In this document: piece by piece, positions 28,440-38,106 of the stretch
How positions within the stretch are numbered: the first letter of the stretch is position 1
Layout: every line of letters starts with the position of its first letter
NCBI GenBank assembly: GCA_011049045.1
Contig: DSCO01000060.1
Coordinates: 1,348 to 65,347, forward strand
DNA: 64,000 nucleotides
Reading direction: 5' to 3'
From: Methanomicrobia archaeon
Lineage (GTDB): Archaea; Halobacteriota; Syntropharchaeia; Alkanophagales; Methanospirareceae
Position numbers and translations under genes: made by a program
The notes under the pieces: model-generated
What the model saw: the letters and a program-made list of their open reading frames with translations, nothing else
Database searches by the model: none
Told to the model about the DNA's origin: nothing

Positions 28440-28791
28440 TCGACACTTTTTGCCTGATCTTAGGCAGCGCGATCCTGAGAACACCGTTCTTCAAGGTCGC
28501 CTCCGCCTGCTCAGGCTCGATTGACTCGGGCAATCGAATCTGCTTCTTAAATGCATGGAACGCGATCTTCTTCTGAACTACGCCCCAGTGCTCCCAGCAG
28601 ACTGCGTTGCTCATCCGCGCGGTTACCTCTAACGTGTCCCTCGTCGTATGGACTTCGACGTCCTCCTTCTTTACACGCGGCAGGTCAAAGGTTACCAGAA
28701 TCATATCCTCAAGATCTTCTACCTCGTATAACGGCTCTAAATTGCCATTATAGCCCCACATCGCCTTCAATAAACCTCTTTCCATTCCCAT
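28426..28791 (-). CDS. Hsp20/alpha-crystallin small heat-shock protein
   Basis: 121 aa. Alpha-crystallin domain ending in ATLKNGVLRIALPK. The 3' end overlaps the nadC 3' end by 14 nt (convergent). Confidence 0.8.
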   Translation of the reverse strand: MGMERGLLKAMWGYNGNLEPLYEVEDLEDMILVTFDLPRVKKEDVEVHTTRDTLEVTARMSNAVCWEHWGVVQKKIAFHAFKKQIRLPESIEPEQAEATLKNGVLRIALPKIRQKVSITLV

Positions 28792-28815
28792 TTCGCTACC
28801 TTCTCACCCCTCGCT

Positions 28816-29577
28816 TCACCGATACATAATGGGCATATCCTGCTCCATACCTTTCTGCATCTCTTGCGCTGACTGTGTAGTCTGTTGCATGAGATCTCGC
28901 GCTCTGAGTTTTATCTCCTCTGCGTTCTCCAGGAGTTCAGCGACATCCACATCGAGTGTCGTGACAAACTTCTCAACGACCTCGATCGCCGCCGCCGCCG
29001 CGCCCGGATCAGGGTAGACCGGATAGCACTGTGCGAGCACGGAAATCGCGCTGATCCGCCGCTTCGCGCACTCGCGCAGCATCATTGCGTATGTCCCGGC
29101 GATGAATCCCTCCTCAAGAAGGTCCAGCTGCTTCTCCTGCAACGCGGCCACTGCGCTTGCGCTATTACCAACGCCGAAGACCTCAGGTTTCTCGATATCC
29201 ATGCGGTTCTTCATAGGAAGCCCCTTGATCGAGATGATTGGCTGCTCCACCTCCAGCTTCTTGAACCAATCACCCAACGCGGTCGTCAAGGGGTAAACCG
29301 CTTTGGGCGGCACCGCTACCTCCGATAAGATCACCACAGTGCGGCCCTCGGCATCACTGTAAATTCTGAACGGATTCCCCAATCGCCCGCTATGGATGAC
29401 CATAACCGGTGGAAACAACTCCGATTCGATGTGCCCGATCTCGCGATAATCCAGCTTCTCCACGATGAACGAAGCTGCAATCGTCCCTACCAGGCCCACA
29501 TCTGGCAAGCCCTCCAGCACGATCGGATTATTATATACCGTCCCTTCCTCCTCCACTATACGCACGACTTCTTCCAT
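28816..29577 (-). CDS. PAC2-family proteasome assembly chaperone/activator (PbaA/B-like)
   Basis: 253 aa. LEGLPDVGLVGTIAASF N-terminus is typical of the PAC2 family. The C-terminus ...IMYR ends in a hydrophobic-Tyr-X (HbYX) motif. Confidence 0.7.
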   Translation of the reverse strand: MEEVVRIVEEEGTVYNNPIVLEGLPDVGLVGTIAASFIVEKLDYREIGHIESELFPPVMVIHSGRLGNPFRIYSDAEGRTVVILSEVAVPPKAVYPLTTALGDWFKKLEVEQPIISIKGLPMKNRMDIEKPEVFGVGNSASAVAALQEKQLDLLEEGFIAGTYAMMLRECAKRRISAISVLAQCYPVYPDPGAAAAAIEVVEKFVTTLDVDVAELLENAEEIKLRARDLMQQTTQSAQEMQKGMEQDMPIMYR

Positions 29578-29628
29578 TGCTCCGAGTACGCTCCAAGTAC
29601 TTACTATACTTAGTTATAGCTCCGCCAT

Positions 29629-29866
29629 AGGATAAAAAACCCTCTCGTTCTTACTTACACCCCGCGTGCTTCGCCGAGTCCATGGACGCACCCTCCGTTC
29701 GAACGGCGGTTTGGGCCTGTACTGGCGGTAACGAGGACGGTAAGAAGGGGGGCTGTAAAGTTACCGGGTGCTGGCAGCAAAGGTGACTCGAAACGTATCC
29801 CGCAGCGTGGAAAATAGGGCTCGTGATGGCTGATTTAGATCACTAACCCCCAACAATCTGACAGCC
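29629..29866 (+). repeat. Internally deleted relic of the IS at 18513-20025
   Basis: Shares colinear blocks with the IS: AGGATAAAAAA(G/C)CC (18532 / 29629), GGCGG(C/T)AAC..CGGTAAG (18624 / 29724), GGCTGTAAAGTTA..GGGTGCTG (18688 / 29751) and AACCCCCAACA...TGACAGCC (20004-20025 / 29845-29866). The transposase region is absent. Confidence 0.6.
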
Positions 29867-29916
29867 GCGTAAAAAGAATAAACTTTAAAAGCCCGCCGAG
29901 TCCTAACAATAGTGTT

Positions 29917-31452
29917 ATGAATATCCTCTTTAACGGTGAGCCCCGAACGGTCAAAAGCACGCAATTAGGTGCGATTCTGAATGAACTCGGCGGTGCGTAC
30001 CGGCCCGGTTGCGTCTGCGCGGTCATCTCTGAGAAGAAGGGTGGCGAATTGAGGAATGAGTTCGCGCTGAAGACCGAGAGCGGTGAGGCGAGAATAAAGA
30101 TCGCCACAGAGCAGGAGACCGAAGCGATCCCGCTCTTTCACGAGATCTATTCGCAGTTCCAGGACGAGCAGGGTAGAATTGCGTGGGTGACTGAGGATAT
30201 CACCGCAATTGGACCACTCAAGACCAACCTCGCGGTCGATAAGCGGGAGCACACGTACAGGAAATGGGAGGTGTTCTTCGGCCTCGGTGGTTTTGATCCC
30301 GGCTTGACCTACCTCATGATCAGCAAGCGCGAGCATACCGCGGCCTATGGCACGGGCGAAGCGTGTCTCATCGGGAAATTGACACGCGGGCGAAGCATGA
30401 TCATGAATTTGGAAGAGAATGAGTGTATAGCCGAGATAACACCGCTGGTAACGCAGGCGGAACGGATTGGGTTTGTCACCACAGATCTGGAAACCGAGAT
30501 CGAGGAGGGTCAGGAGATTTATACCTATATAACCGTAAAACTCTTTCCCGAGGCACCGATGTCCTGTGAGCACTTCTTATCGCTCACCCGGGACGACCTG
30601 CTCCAGATCGACGACTGGACACACACTTTTATCGCCTCCGGCGTCTTGAAGGGCTTGAACCTGCCTGTCGAGAGCGTGGAATACCGCTCAGCACACTACC
30701 TCTCGGTGCGCAATAGTGGCACGGATAAGGGGAAGGTCTATGTCTATAAAGACAGTCGGCTGCCCAATCCGTCCCATAACGTCTTCGGGGTGGTGACAGA
30801 GGGAAGCGACCTGATAGGCGCAGCGCAAATGGGCGACACGATCTTCACGGTCACCGAGCCGCGATGGATGATGGTCGTGGGGAAGACCCAGAAGGTGGCA
30901 GAGGAGTTCTTTGAGCAGGCGGATATCGAGCAGGTGCGCGAGGGCAATCAAGCAGATGACGCGGTGGTGGTCGATCAATTGCCCGCATTGACCATGGAGA
31001 TCATGGAGCGGGGGACGGTGAGAACGTTAGGTGTTGACCGTGAGGCCGTGCTCACCGTGAAGCTCTTTGAAGATCTGGCGCCAAAGACCGCCTGGTATTT
31101 CAAGAAGGTTACCGGATTGATTACCCGACCGATCGGCCGGTTGAAGGTCTATTTCAGCATACCTGGTCTCGTGCTCTTCCAGGGCAATGCTGATGAAGCA
31201 GGGACGCTCGTGCCCGAGAATCTCCCCACCAAAGGCACGAAACAGGGCTTCCTTGGCGTTACCAACATGTCGCGACAGAATCGGGGCATGATGGGCATTC
31301 GGCTGGAGGACAGCACCACCTATGGACCTACGGGCGAGACCCCTGACGGTGCTAATATCGTCCTTTCGATCTCTGATCTTACGCCGGAAACGCTGTCCTT
31401 TCTCAGCAAGCTCAAGGAAGGCGATGTCATTTACGTGAAGGAACAGCGGTGA
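29917..31452 (+). CDS. Methanogenesis marker protein 3
   Basis: 511 aa starting MNILFNGEPRTV (ubiquitin/ThiS-like), followed by repeated beta-rich modules. Size and start match the UPF0288/marker-3 family, from memory. Confidence 0.65.
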   Translation: MNILFNGEPRTVKSTQLGAILNELGGAYRPGCVCAVISEKKGGELRNEFALKTESGEARIKIATEQETEAIPLFHEIYSQFQDEQGRIAWVTEDITAIGPLKTNLAVDKREHTYRKWEVFFGLGGFDPGLTYLMISKREHTAAYGTGEACLIGKLTRGRSMIMNLEENECIAEITPLVTQAERIGFVTTDLETEIEEGQEIYTYITVKLFPEAPMSCEHFLSLTRDDLLQIDDWTHTFIASGVLKGLNLPVESVEYRSAHYLSVRNSGTDKGKVYVYKDSRLPNPSHNVFGVVTEGSDLIGAAQMGDTIFTVTEPRWMMVVGKTQKVAEEFFEQADIEQVREGNQADDAVVVDQLPALTMEIMERGTVRTLGVDREAVLTVKLFEDLAPKTAWYFKKVTGLITRPIGRLKVYFSIPGLVLFQGNADEAGTLVPENLPTKGTKQGFLGVTNMSRQNRGMMGIRLEDSTTYGPTGETPDGANIVLSISDLTPETLSFLSKLKEGDVIYVKEQR

Positions 31453-31544
31453 CGTAACCGCACGTACTTATTCGATCTTCTCAAAGCACCGCAATTCAGG
31501 GCCACGCTGGAATAGGAGAGCACGGAGAAGCAGAGGGGCGTGTT

Positions 31545-33326
31545 ATGGACAGTGAAACAAAACTCACGCTTTCGGTTAACGCCCAGGAGGTGTTGAAGCG
31601 GCGCTACCTGCTCAAGAACGAGCGCGGCGAGGTGATCGAGACCCCGCTTCAGATGTTCGAGCGCGTGGCACATGCCGTTGCACAAGCCGAAGTCGCGTAT
31701 GGCAAGAGCAGCGAGGAGGTGCGCGCCTTCGAACGTGAGTGCTTCAGGCTCATGCGAGATCTCGAATTCCTTCCCAACAGCCCCACGCTCATGAATGCCG
31801 GTACTGAGCTCGGACAACTTGCCGCGTGCTTCGTTCTGCCCGTCGAGGATTCTATGGAGGGTATCTTTGGCGCGGTAAAGAACATGGCCGTGATCCACCA
31901 GAGCGGAGGCGGGACGGGCTTCTCATTCTCCCGACTCAGGCCTCAGGGTGATATGGTAAGATCGACCGGGGGTGTCGCCTCGGGGCCGGTATCCTTTATG
32001 CGTGTCTTCGACGTCGCTACCGGCGTGATTAAGCAGGGCGGCAAGCGCCGCGGTGCGAATATGGGCATTCTGAGCGTTAACCATCCGGATATCATGGCGT
32101 TTATACGGGCAAAAGAGCGCGGCGAGTTCGTTAACTTTAATACCGCAGTTGCCGTAACTGACGAGTTCATGCAGGCGGTCGAGCGCGGCGAGAGCTATGC
32201 GCTCATCAATCCACGCACGAATCAGGCGGTGCGGGAACTAAGCGCTCGCGAGGTCTTCGACGAGCTCGTTTCCTCTGCCTGGAAGCTTGGCGACCCCGGC
32301 ATCATCTTCATCGATGAGATCAACCGACACAACGCACTCCCGGCTCTCGGCGAGATAGAGGCTACCAATCCCTGTTCCGAACAGCCGCTCCTCCCGTACG
32401 AATCCTGTAATTTGGGCTCCATAAACCTCGCCAAATTCGGCGTCCAGAAGCGCGGTGAGGTTGAGTGGGAACGGCTGCGTGAAACGATCTGGACCTGCGT
32501 TCGATTTCTGGACGACGTTATCGATGTGAACCGGTATCCGATGCCCGAGATCGAGCGGATAACGAAAGGAAACCGAAAGATCGGGCTCGGCATCATGGGC
32601 TTCGCCGAGCTGCTCATACAGCTTGAGATCGCTTATAATTCTTCAGAAGCGCTTGCGTTCGCTGAACAGCTGATGAAATTCGTCACCGACGAAGCACGAT
32701 GCTGTTCACAATCGCTTGGACGCGAAAAAGGATCTTTTCCTAATTTTGAGCGCAGTGTGTGGTCTGCCGCCGATGCGATGCGGAATGCGACGGTGACCAC
32801 CATCGCGCCCACGGGCACGATAAGCATCATTGCAGGCTGCTCGAGCGGAATCGAGCCGCTCTTTGCCGTTGCCTTTATGCGCAAGGTCATGGGCGGCATG
32901 CTCGAGATAAACCGGCTCTTTGAAACACGAGCGAAGGAGGCGGGGTTTTACCACAAGGGCTTGATAGCGGAGATCGTAAAACGGGGCTCGATACAGCAGA
33001 TCGCGAGCATTCCACCGGCAATCAAGCGGATCTTTGTGACCGCACTTGATCTTGAGCCGGCGTGGCACGTGCGCATCCAGGCAGCATTTCAGAGATACAC
33101 CGACAACGCCGTCTCAAAGACCGTCAACCTCCCCGCTGACGCGTCTCCCGAGGATGTCCGGGCGGTCTTCCTGCTTGCCTACCAGCTCAAGTGCAAGGGC
33201 ATTACGGTGTACCGCTACGGTTGTAAGGAGGATATCCTCTCGCTGGCGATCCCCCGGCTGATGCTCGACGAATTCGTTTCCGCAGATTCGGAGTTCGCGG
33301 GCGAGTGCCGGATTTGTTCGGTATGA
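31545..33326 (+). CDS. nrdJ: Adenosylcobalamin-dependent (class II) ribonucleotide reductase
   Basis: 593 aa. VLKRRYL start, NPCSEQPLLPYESCNLGSINL active-site region, and C-terminal Cys pair CRICSV. Confidence 0.85.
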   Translation: MDSETKLTLSVNAQEVLKRRYLLKNERGEVIETPLQMFERVAHAVAQAEVAYGKSSEEVRAFERECFRLMRDLEFLPNSPTLMNAGTELGQLAACFVLPVEDSMEGIFGAVKNMAVIHQSGGGTGFSFSRLRPQGDMVRSTGGVASGPVSFMRVFDVATGVIKQGGKRRGANMGILSVNHPDIMAFIRAKERGEFVNFNTAVAVTDEFMQAVERGESYALINPRTNQAVRELSAREVFDELVSSAWKLGDPGIIFIDEINRHNALPALGEIEATNPCSEQPLLPYESCNLGSINLAKFGVQKRGEVEWERLRETIWTCVRFLDDVIDVNRYPMPEIERITKGNRKIGLGIMGFAELLIQLEIAYNSSEALAFAEQLMKFVTDEARCCSQSLGREKGSFPNFERSVWSAADAMRNATVTTIAPTGTISIIAGCSSGIEPLFAVAFMRKVMGGMLEINRLFETRAKEAGFYHKGLIAEIVKRGSIQQIASIPPAIKRIFVTALDLEPAWHVRIQAAFQRYTDNAVSKTVNLPADASPEDVRAVFLLAYQLKCKGITVYRYGCKEDILSLAIPRLMLDEFVSADSEFAGECRICSV

Positions 33327-33471
33327 CTAACCCGATGGTCGACTTCTGGTCCGAGATCCCGCAGGTGCCGCCGGCGGCGAAGAACAGAGAAATCCACGAA
33401 TTTATATATCGTTGGGCCTTCTGCATAGTAGTATAAACCCGGGGGAAGCGAGGGAGAGAAGAGCGTTCGAA

Positions 33472-34989
33472 ATGACGACAAAGGGTGTGCTTACGGACGT
33501 GCGAGTGCTTGCGCTGCTAGTCTTCCTGTGTGCCGCGCTCATTGCTATTTACGTGTATCCTCCACCACCCGCTGACGCGGGAATTGATGGGAATTTAAAG
33601 TATGGCCTGGATTTGGTCGGTGGTTCCTGGCTGCAGTTACAGTTGAAAGGGGCTGTCGTGGGTATTGAGGCCCCGGTCCCGGGTGACGCTGTCGCCGCGT
33701 TCCTCGAAGAGCAGTTGAACGCGGAAGTGATTTACTTCAAGCTCGAGGACGTGACCGTCTATGAGATCCGGAAGAGCGTGACGAAAGAGGATTTATCGGC
33801 TATCTTGACCGAGATCGGTGGCAGTATCGCGAAACGGCCCGATGGCACTGACTTTTACGAATCGGGCGTAACAACCGAGACGAGGGATGAGACGAAACGT
33901 ATCATCGAGATCAAGCTCAATCTGCTGGGACTGGCCGATATACAGATACGAACGGTAGGGAACGAGTTCATTCTCGTGGATCTCGCCGGGGTGGACATTG
34001 GAACCGCGAAGAGCATCGTCGGCAAGCCCGGGAAGTTCGAGATCAGGATGCAGACGAACGGGACTGGCGGCGATGTCGCACAGTGGATGACGCTGGGAGA
34101 GGTCGAGAACATCACGGCGCATGTCATCTTCGGGAGCAAGGGTATAGAAGCACAGAGTGTGGGCGCGGTTCCGATACGGGAGGACGTGTACTCTCCGTGG
34201 GGCGCTACGTTCACCCTGACCGAGGATGGTGCAATCGCGTTGCGTGACGCTGCGCTGGCATACGGTGCCACAACTAACCCCGCGAATCACGAGGTAGCGA
34301 TGCTGCTCGATGATGTGGTGATCTACAGTGCACAGCTCTCGACGGAGCTGGCACGGGACATAGAAAAGTACCCGGTGTATCGCCTGCGGGCAGAGACGGG
34401 CCTGGGAGATGATGGCTTTGAGCGTGCGAAAACGCTCATCGTGCACCTGAAAGCGGGCGTGTTACCGGTGAACGTGGAGATCATCGGCTCTGGTGAGGTG
34501 TCTGCCTATTTGGGCGCGAAATTCAAGCAGGAGGCACTGATCGCGGGCCTTGTCGCACTGTTCTTTGTGGTTATCGTCGTCTTCCTCAGGTACCGGGAGA
34601 GGAAGATCGTGCTCCCCGTGTTCTTCACGCTCCTGAGTGAATTGATCTTGATACTTGGCTTCGCCGCGGTAATCAACTGGCAACTCGATCTCCCCAGCAT
34701 TGCCGGTATCATCGCGGTGATCGGTACTGGCGTAGATCAGCTCGTTATCATCACCGATGAGATACTCGCGGGCGGCCGATCCTCAACGAGTATGTATCGT
34801 AAACGTGTCTCCTTCGCCTTCGGGATCATTTTCGTCTCGGCCTTTACCACTATTGTGGCCATGTTTGCGCTCGCCTTGATGGCGCTGGGCACCTTACGCG
34901 GCTTTGCTATTATCACCATCATCGGCCTGGTGATCGGGATCTTACTGACCCGGCCCGCATATGCTCGGATAGTCGAGGAGATCGTCTGA
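33472..34989 (+). CDS. secD: Protein-export membrane protein SecD
   Basis: N-terminal TM segment, large periplasmic-type domain (LGLDLVGGSWLQLQL), then six C-terminal TM helices. Start taken at MTTKGV (33472). No secF is adjacent. Confidence 0.8.
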   Translation: MTTKGVLTDVRVLALLVFLCAALIAIYVYPPPPADAGIDGNLKYGLDLVGGSWLQLQLKGAVVGIEAPVPGDAVAAFLEEQLNAEVIYFKLEDVTVYEIRKSVTKEDLSAILTEIGGSIAKRPDGTDFYESGVTTETRDETKRIIEIKLNLLGLADIQIRTVGNEFILVDLAGVDIGTAKSIVGKPGKFEIRMQTNGTGGDVAQWMTLGEVENITAHVIFGSKGIEAQSVGAVPIREDVYSPWGATFTLTEDGAIALRDAALAYGATTNPANHEVAMLLDDVVIYSAQLSTELARDIEKYPVYRLRAETGLGDDGFERAKTLIVHLKAGVLPVNVEIIGSGEVSAYLGAKFKQEALIAGLVALFFVVIVVFLRYRERKIVLPVFFTLLSELILILGFAAVINWQLDLPSIAGIIAVIGTGVDQLVIITDEILAGGRSSTSMYRKRVSFAFGIIFVSAFTTIVAMFALALMALGTLRGFAIITIIGLVIGILLTRPAYARIVEEIV

Positions 34990-35232
34990 CGCGTCCTTTA
35001 GCGGTTGGCGGAAACGATATTATACCACGCCAGTGTGAGTGTCCCCTCAAAGTATATATAGTGCATAAGAAATAATCTAAGTTAATCCGAAAACGAGAAT
35101 CCACAAAGCGGGGGACGATATAGCCGGGCCTACGCCCTCATTGCGGATCAAGAGTGCGCATTACCCTCAGAACACGGTAACGAGCACGGACCGATGGATA
35201 CGAGTGCACCCTTCGGGGGACGGGAGTGACAA

Positions 35233-36138
35233 ATGGCAGAGCGATTCAATGAGAAGGCAAACACGCTGGCTCAGGAATATTGGCGATTAAAAGAGATAGC
35301 CGCCAATACCGCGAGTAGTAACCGGCTCGTGGAGATAGAGCGGCTCTTAGAGAAGGGCATCGGGGGGAAGCTGAAGGATCAGCTGGAGGCGGAGGCGAAG
35401 CAGCTGAGAAAAGAGGAAGCGGACCGTGGCGGCGCCTCCCTGCGGCTGAGTGAGGTGAAGAAGGAACTATTAGAGCTCACTGCGGATCTGGCACCCAATT
35501 TAGACCTCATTGAAGACAACTTCTTCCCCTACGATAGCGATCACGAGCCGATCGGCGAGCAGTTCTTCGCGGCCTTGACCGATCTCTTTTTTGGCGCGCC
35601 CACACCCAGCATCCCCTTCAAGGTTGCTACGCTCTCAAAAGAGGGGATACGCGTGAACGCTACTGCGGAGAGCTCGTCATTGGAGATACTGAGCTACATC
35701 ATCATGATACTCCAGGAGAGCGCGAAGAAGCGACTCGGTATGCAGAATACGATCGACAATTGCTGCGCACTGCTCAGGCAGAATGATTTCGCATTTATCG
35801 TTTTGAAAACCTTACTCAACGCAGGGAAACGATTGGGTGTAAAGGAGATAAGGGAGATCTCGCACCGCGAAGATAAGGCGTACACAGAACTTGTAAGAAG
35901 CGATCTCTACGACAAAGAGTTGATCAACGGTGTAGCCTTTCTCATGAGCGCAGAATGGGGCTACAGCATGATCAAGGAATATGATGGCAAATACGAGCCC
36001 ACAGACTTCGGTGAATGGGTGTGGCGGATCTGTAATGCAGAACTCAGCAGGGAGGAAGGGGCGGGTAAGGGGAGACGCACGGGCGTCTCGAATTCGAGCC
36101 TCCACCTTCAGAAAATTCTAACGTTTTTAAGAAAGTGA
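35233..36138 (+). CDS. Hypothetical coiled-coil protein with a wHTH-like C-terminal region
   Basis: 301 aa. The N-terminal 100 aa are heptad-like and charged. The C-terminal segment FIVLKTLLNAGKRLGVKEIREIS looks like a winged helix. First gene of the CetZ cluster. Confidence 0.55.
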   Translation: MAERFNEKANTLAQEYWRLKEIAANTASSNRLVEIERLLEKGIGGKLKDQLEAEAKQLRKEEADRGGASLRLSEVKKELLELTADLAPNLDLIEDNFFPYDSDHEPIGEQFFAALTDLFFGAPTPSIPFKVATLSKEGIRVNATAESSSLEILSYIIMILQESAKKRLGMQNTIDNCCALLRQNDFAFIVLKTLLNAGKRLGVKEIREISHREDKAYTELVRSDLYDKELINGVAFLMSAEWGYSMIKEYDGKYEPTDFGEWVWRICNAELSREEGAGKGRRTGVSNSSLHLQKILTFLRK

Positions 36139-36175
36139 GGGGGAATAGAAAGAGGGGATGTGGTGACGGCATACG

Positions 36176-36865
36176 GTGAAAGAAGAGAAAGAAAAAGTGG
36201 TTAGCCACCTGCGATCGAAATTATTCCCGTGGAACTTCATCTTAGAGGCCGTTGAGGGAGAGGCGGTTAGGCATTTTGTACCCTATGCCATCCAGATGTG
36301 TGAGGCAAAGGGGATCGAGCGGGGTTCGGTCGAGAGCGAGGCGGCACGGGAGGTGATTACCCGAGAGATAAAAGAGGCGGTGGATGATTACCTCTTCGAT
36401 CCCGATGATGTGGAGATTGCACGGATGCACGGGCGATTTGCTGAGCAGTATCCGTTCGCCTTCTCGCAGAGCCTGGCCTTTGTCATTCTCCATCGACTCG
36501 GGCTCAACTTGGAAGATATCGTGGATGTGCGCGGTGTGAGCGACCTCCTTGGCGAGGATCTGCGCGAGATCAGAAAACGTGAGGATATGGTGCGGGACAT
36601 CATTGCCAAGAATGGCCGCAGAGCGATCAAGATGTACGCGCGCACTATCATGGACAAGAAGGTGATCACGGCCGGGGGGGATTGGATCGGCACCGTAGCT
36701 GACCTCATCTTCACGAGCGAGAATGGCAAGGTCGAGAGCCTGGTCGTCGCCCATCTGCGCGGATCCGGCTTGAAAACGAGCCGGGTTCCCATGAAAGACG
36801 TCCGTCTCAACATGTACAGCAAGAACATCGTCTTAAAATCCTCTGATTACCGAAAAGGCGGGTGA
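36176..36865 (+). CDS. PRC-barrel domain protein with unknown N-terminal domain
   Basis: 229 aa (GTG start). C-terminal MDKKVITAGGDWIGTVADLIFTSENGKVESLVV...VPMKDV fits the PRC-barrel pattern. Lies 79 nt upstream of cetZ. Confidence 0.6.
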   Translation: MKEEKEKVVSHLRSKLFPWNFILEAVEGEAVRHFVPYAIQMCEAKGIERGSVESEAAREVITREIKEAVDDYLFDPDDVEIARMHGRFAEQYPFAFSQSLAFVILHRLGLNLEDIVDVRGVSDLLGEDLREIRKREDMVRDIIAKNGRRAIKMYARTIMDKKVITAGGDWIGTVADLIFTSENGKVESLVVAHLRGSGLKTSRVPMKDVRLNMYSKNIVLKSSDYRKGG

Positions 36866-36944
36866 TGAGGTAGCAGGAGCGCAAATTATATATAGTATGA
36901 GCGTATTGGCACAATACGGGGCATAAAAGGAGAGGGGGAATAAG

Positions 36945-38099
36945 ATGCGGGTATTCGTGATAGGATATGGACAGGCCGGGGGGAGAATTGCGGATGCGTT
37001 TATCGAGTATGCGAAGAAGACCGGGCAGCATTTCGTCGCGCGTGCAATCGCGATCAACACCGCGCGAGCCGATTTGATCGGGCTGAAGAACATCCCTATG
37101 GAGGACCGGATTATGGTCGGCGAGTCCCTGACAAGAGGTCACGGGATCGGCGCAGATAATGAGATGGGTGCACGAGTGGCTACAGATGAGATCTATACGA
37201 TCCAGAGTGAGATCGACAAACGAGGAACCCACCATGTTGATGCTTTCTTGATCGTTGCTGGTTTGGGCGGTGGAACTGGTTCAGGAGGTGCGCCGGTACT
37301 GGCACGGCGGTTAAAGAAGTTGTACGAGGAGCCCGTGTACGGGCTGGGCGTATTGCCCGCGAAGGATGAAGGGAGTTTATTTTCCTTGAATGCCGCACGG
37401 AGCTTGATGACCTTTGTGAATGAGGTGGATAATCTGTTCATCTTTGATAACGACGCCTGGAAGAAGGGTGGAGAAAGCGTTAAGGAAGCCTTCGTTGACA
37501 TTAATGACGAAATCGTACGCCGGTTCGGCATCCTCTTCGGCGCGGGCGAAGCGAACGAGGTGGGGCAGATGGTCGTCGATGCGGCTGAAGTGATCAATAC
37601 GCTGAAGGGCGGCGGGGTCTCTACCATTGGCTACGCATCGGAGCAGATCGAGAGCGACGGCGGCTTCCTCAAGAAATTCACCAGCAAGAAGAAAACGATG
37701 GATAATCTCGATTCCGTTACCCGGATCTCCTCGTTGGTACGGCGTGCGATCGCCGGTCGATTGACGATCCCCTGTGACGTCTCAACCGCGGAGCGGGCAT
37801 TGATCATTGCAGCTGGGCCGCCGAAAGAGCTGAGCAGAAAGGGCATCGAGAAGGCCAAGGTTCGCGTCGAGGAGATAATTCGCGGGAAAGAGGTTCGAGG
37901 CGGTGATTTCCCGCTGGTGAAGGGGCAGCATGTCTCCACCATCGTGCTCTTCTCCGGCGTCTCAGACGTCCCGCGGATCAAGGAGCTGCATGAGATCGGG
38001 ATAGAAGCGCAAGAGACCATGAAGGAAGTATCGAGCGAGAAAGAGAAGGACTATCAGAAGCTGCTGGGTGGGAACGACGCGATCAAGCCGCTGTTCTGA
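36945..38099 (+). CDS. cetZ: Tubulin/FtsZ-superfamily protein, CetZ type
   Basis: 384 aa. IGYGQAGGRIAD, GHGIGADNEMG, GLGGGTGSGGAPVLA and VDNLFIFDNDAW align closely with my recollection of Haloferax CetZ1. Confidence 0.85.
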   Translation: MRVFVIGYGQAGGRIADAFIEYAKKTGQHFVARAIAINTARADLIGLKNIPMEDRIMVGESLTRGHGIGADNEMGARVATDEIYTIQSEIDKRGTHHVDAFLIVAGLGGGTGSGGAPVLARRLKKLYEEPVYGLGVLPAKDEGSLFSLNAARSLMTFVNEVDNLFIFDNDAWKKGGESVKEAFVDINDEIVRRFGILFGAGEANEVGQMVVDAAEVINTLKGGGVSTIGYASEQIESDGGFLKKFTSKKKTMDNLDSVTRISSLVRRAIAGRLTIPCDVSTAERALIIAAGPPKELSRKGIEKAKVRVEEIIRGKEVRGGDFPLVKGQHVSTIVLFSGVSDVPRIKELHEIGIEAQETMKEVSSEKEKDYQKLLGGNDAIKPLF

Positions 38100-38106
38100 G
38101 GTGATT

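Noticed and set aside
29578-29916. Possibility that the 340-bp gap encodes SRP RNA, RNase P RNA or another structured RNA. Also ORF 29761-29964.
   Set aside because: I could not find conserved SRP or RNase P sequence motifs. The region is better explained as an IS relic plus two promoters. The 67-aa ORF lies inside the relic and has no features.
35046-35232. About 170-nt stretch between a TATA-like GTATATATAG (35052-35061) and the first CetZ-cluster ATG, as a possible riboswitch or ncRNA
   Set aside because: Only a weak 3-4 bp CCC-TTCG-GGG hairpin was found and no recognisable RNA family motif. Left as an untested long leader.
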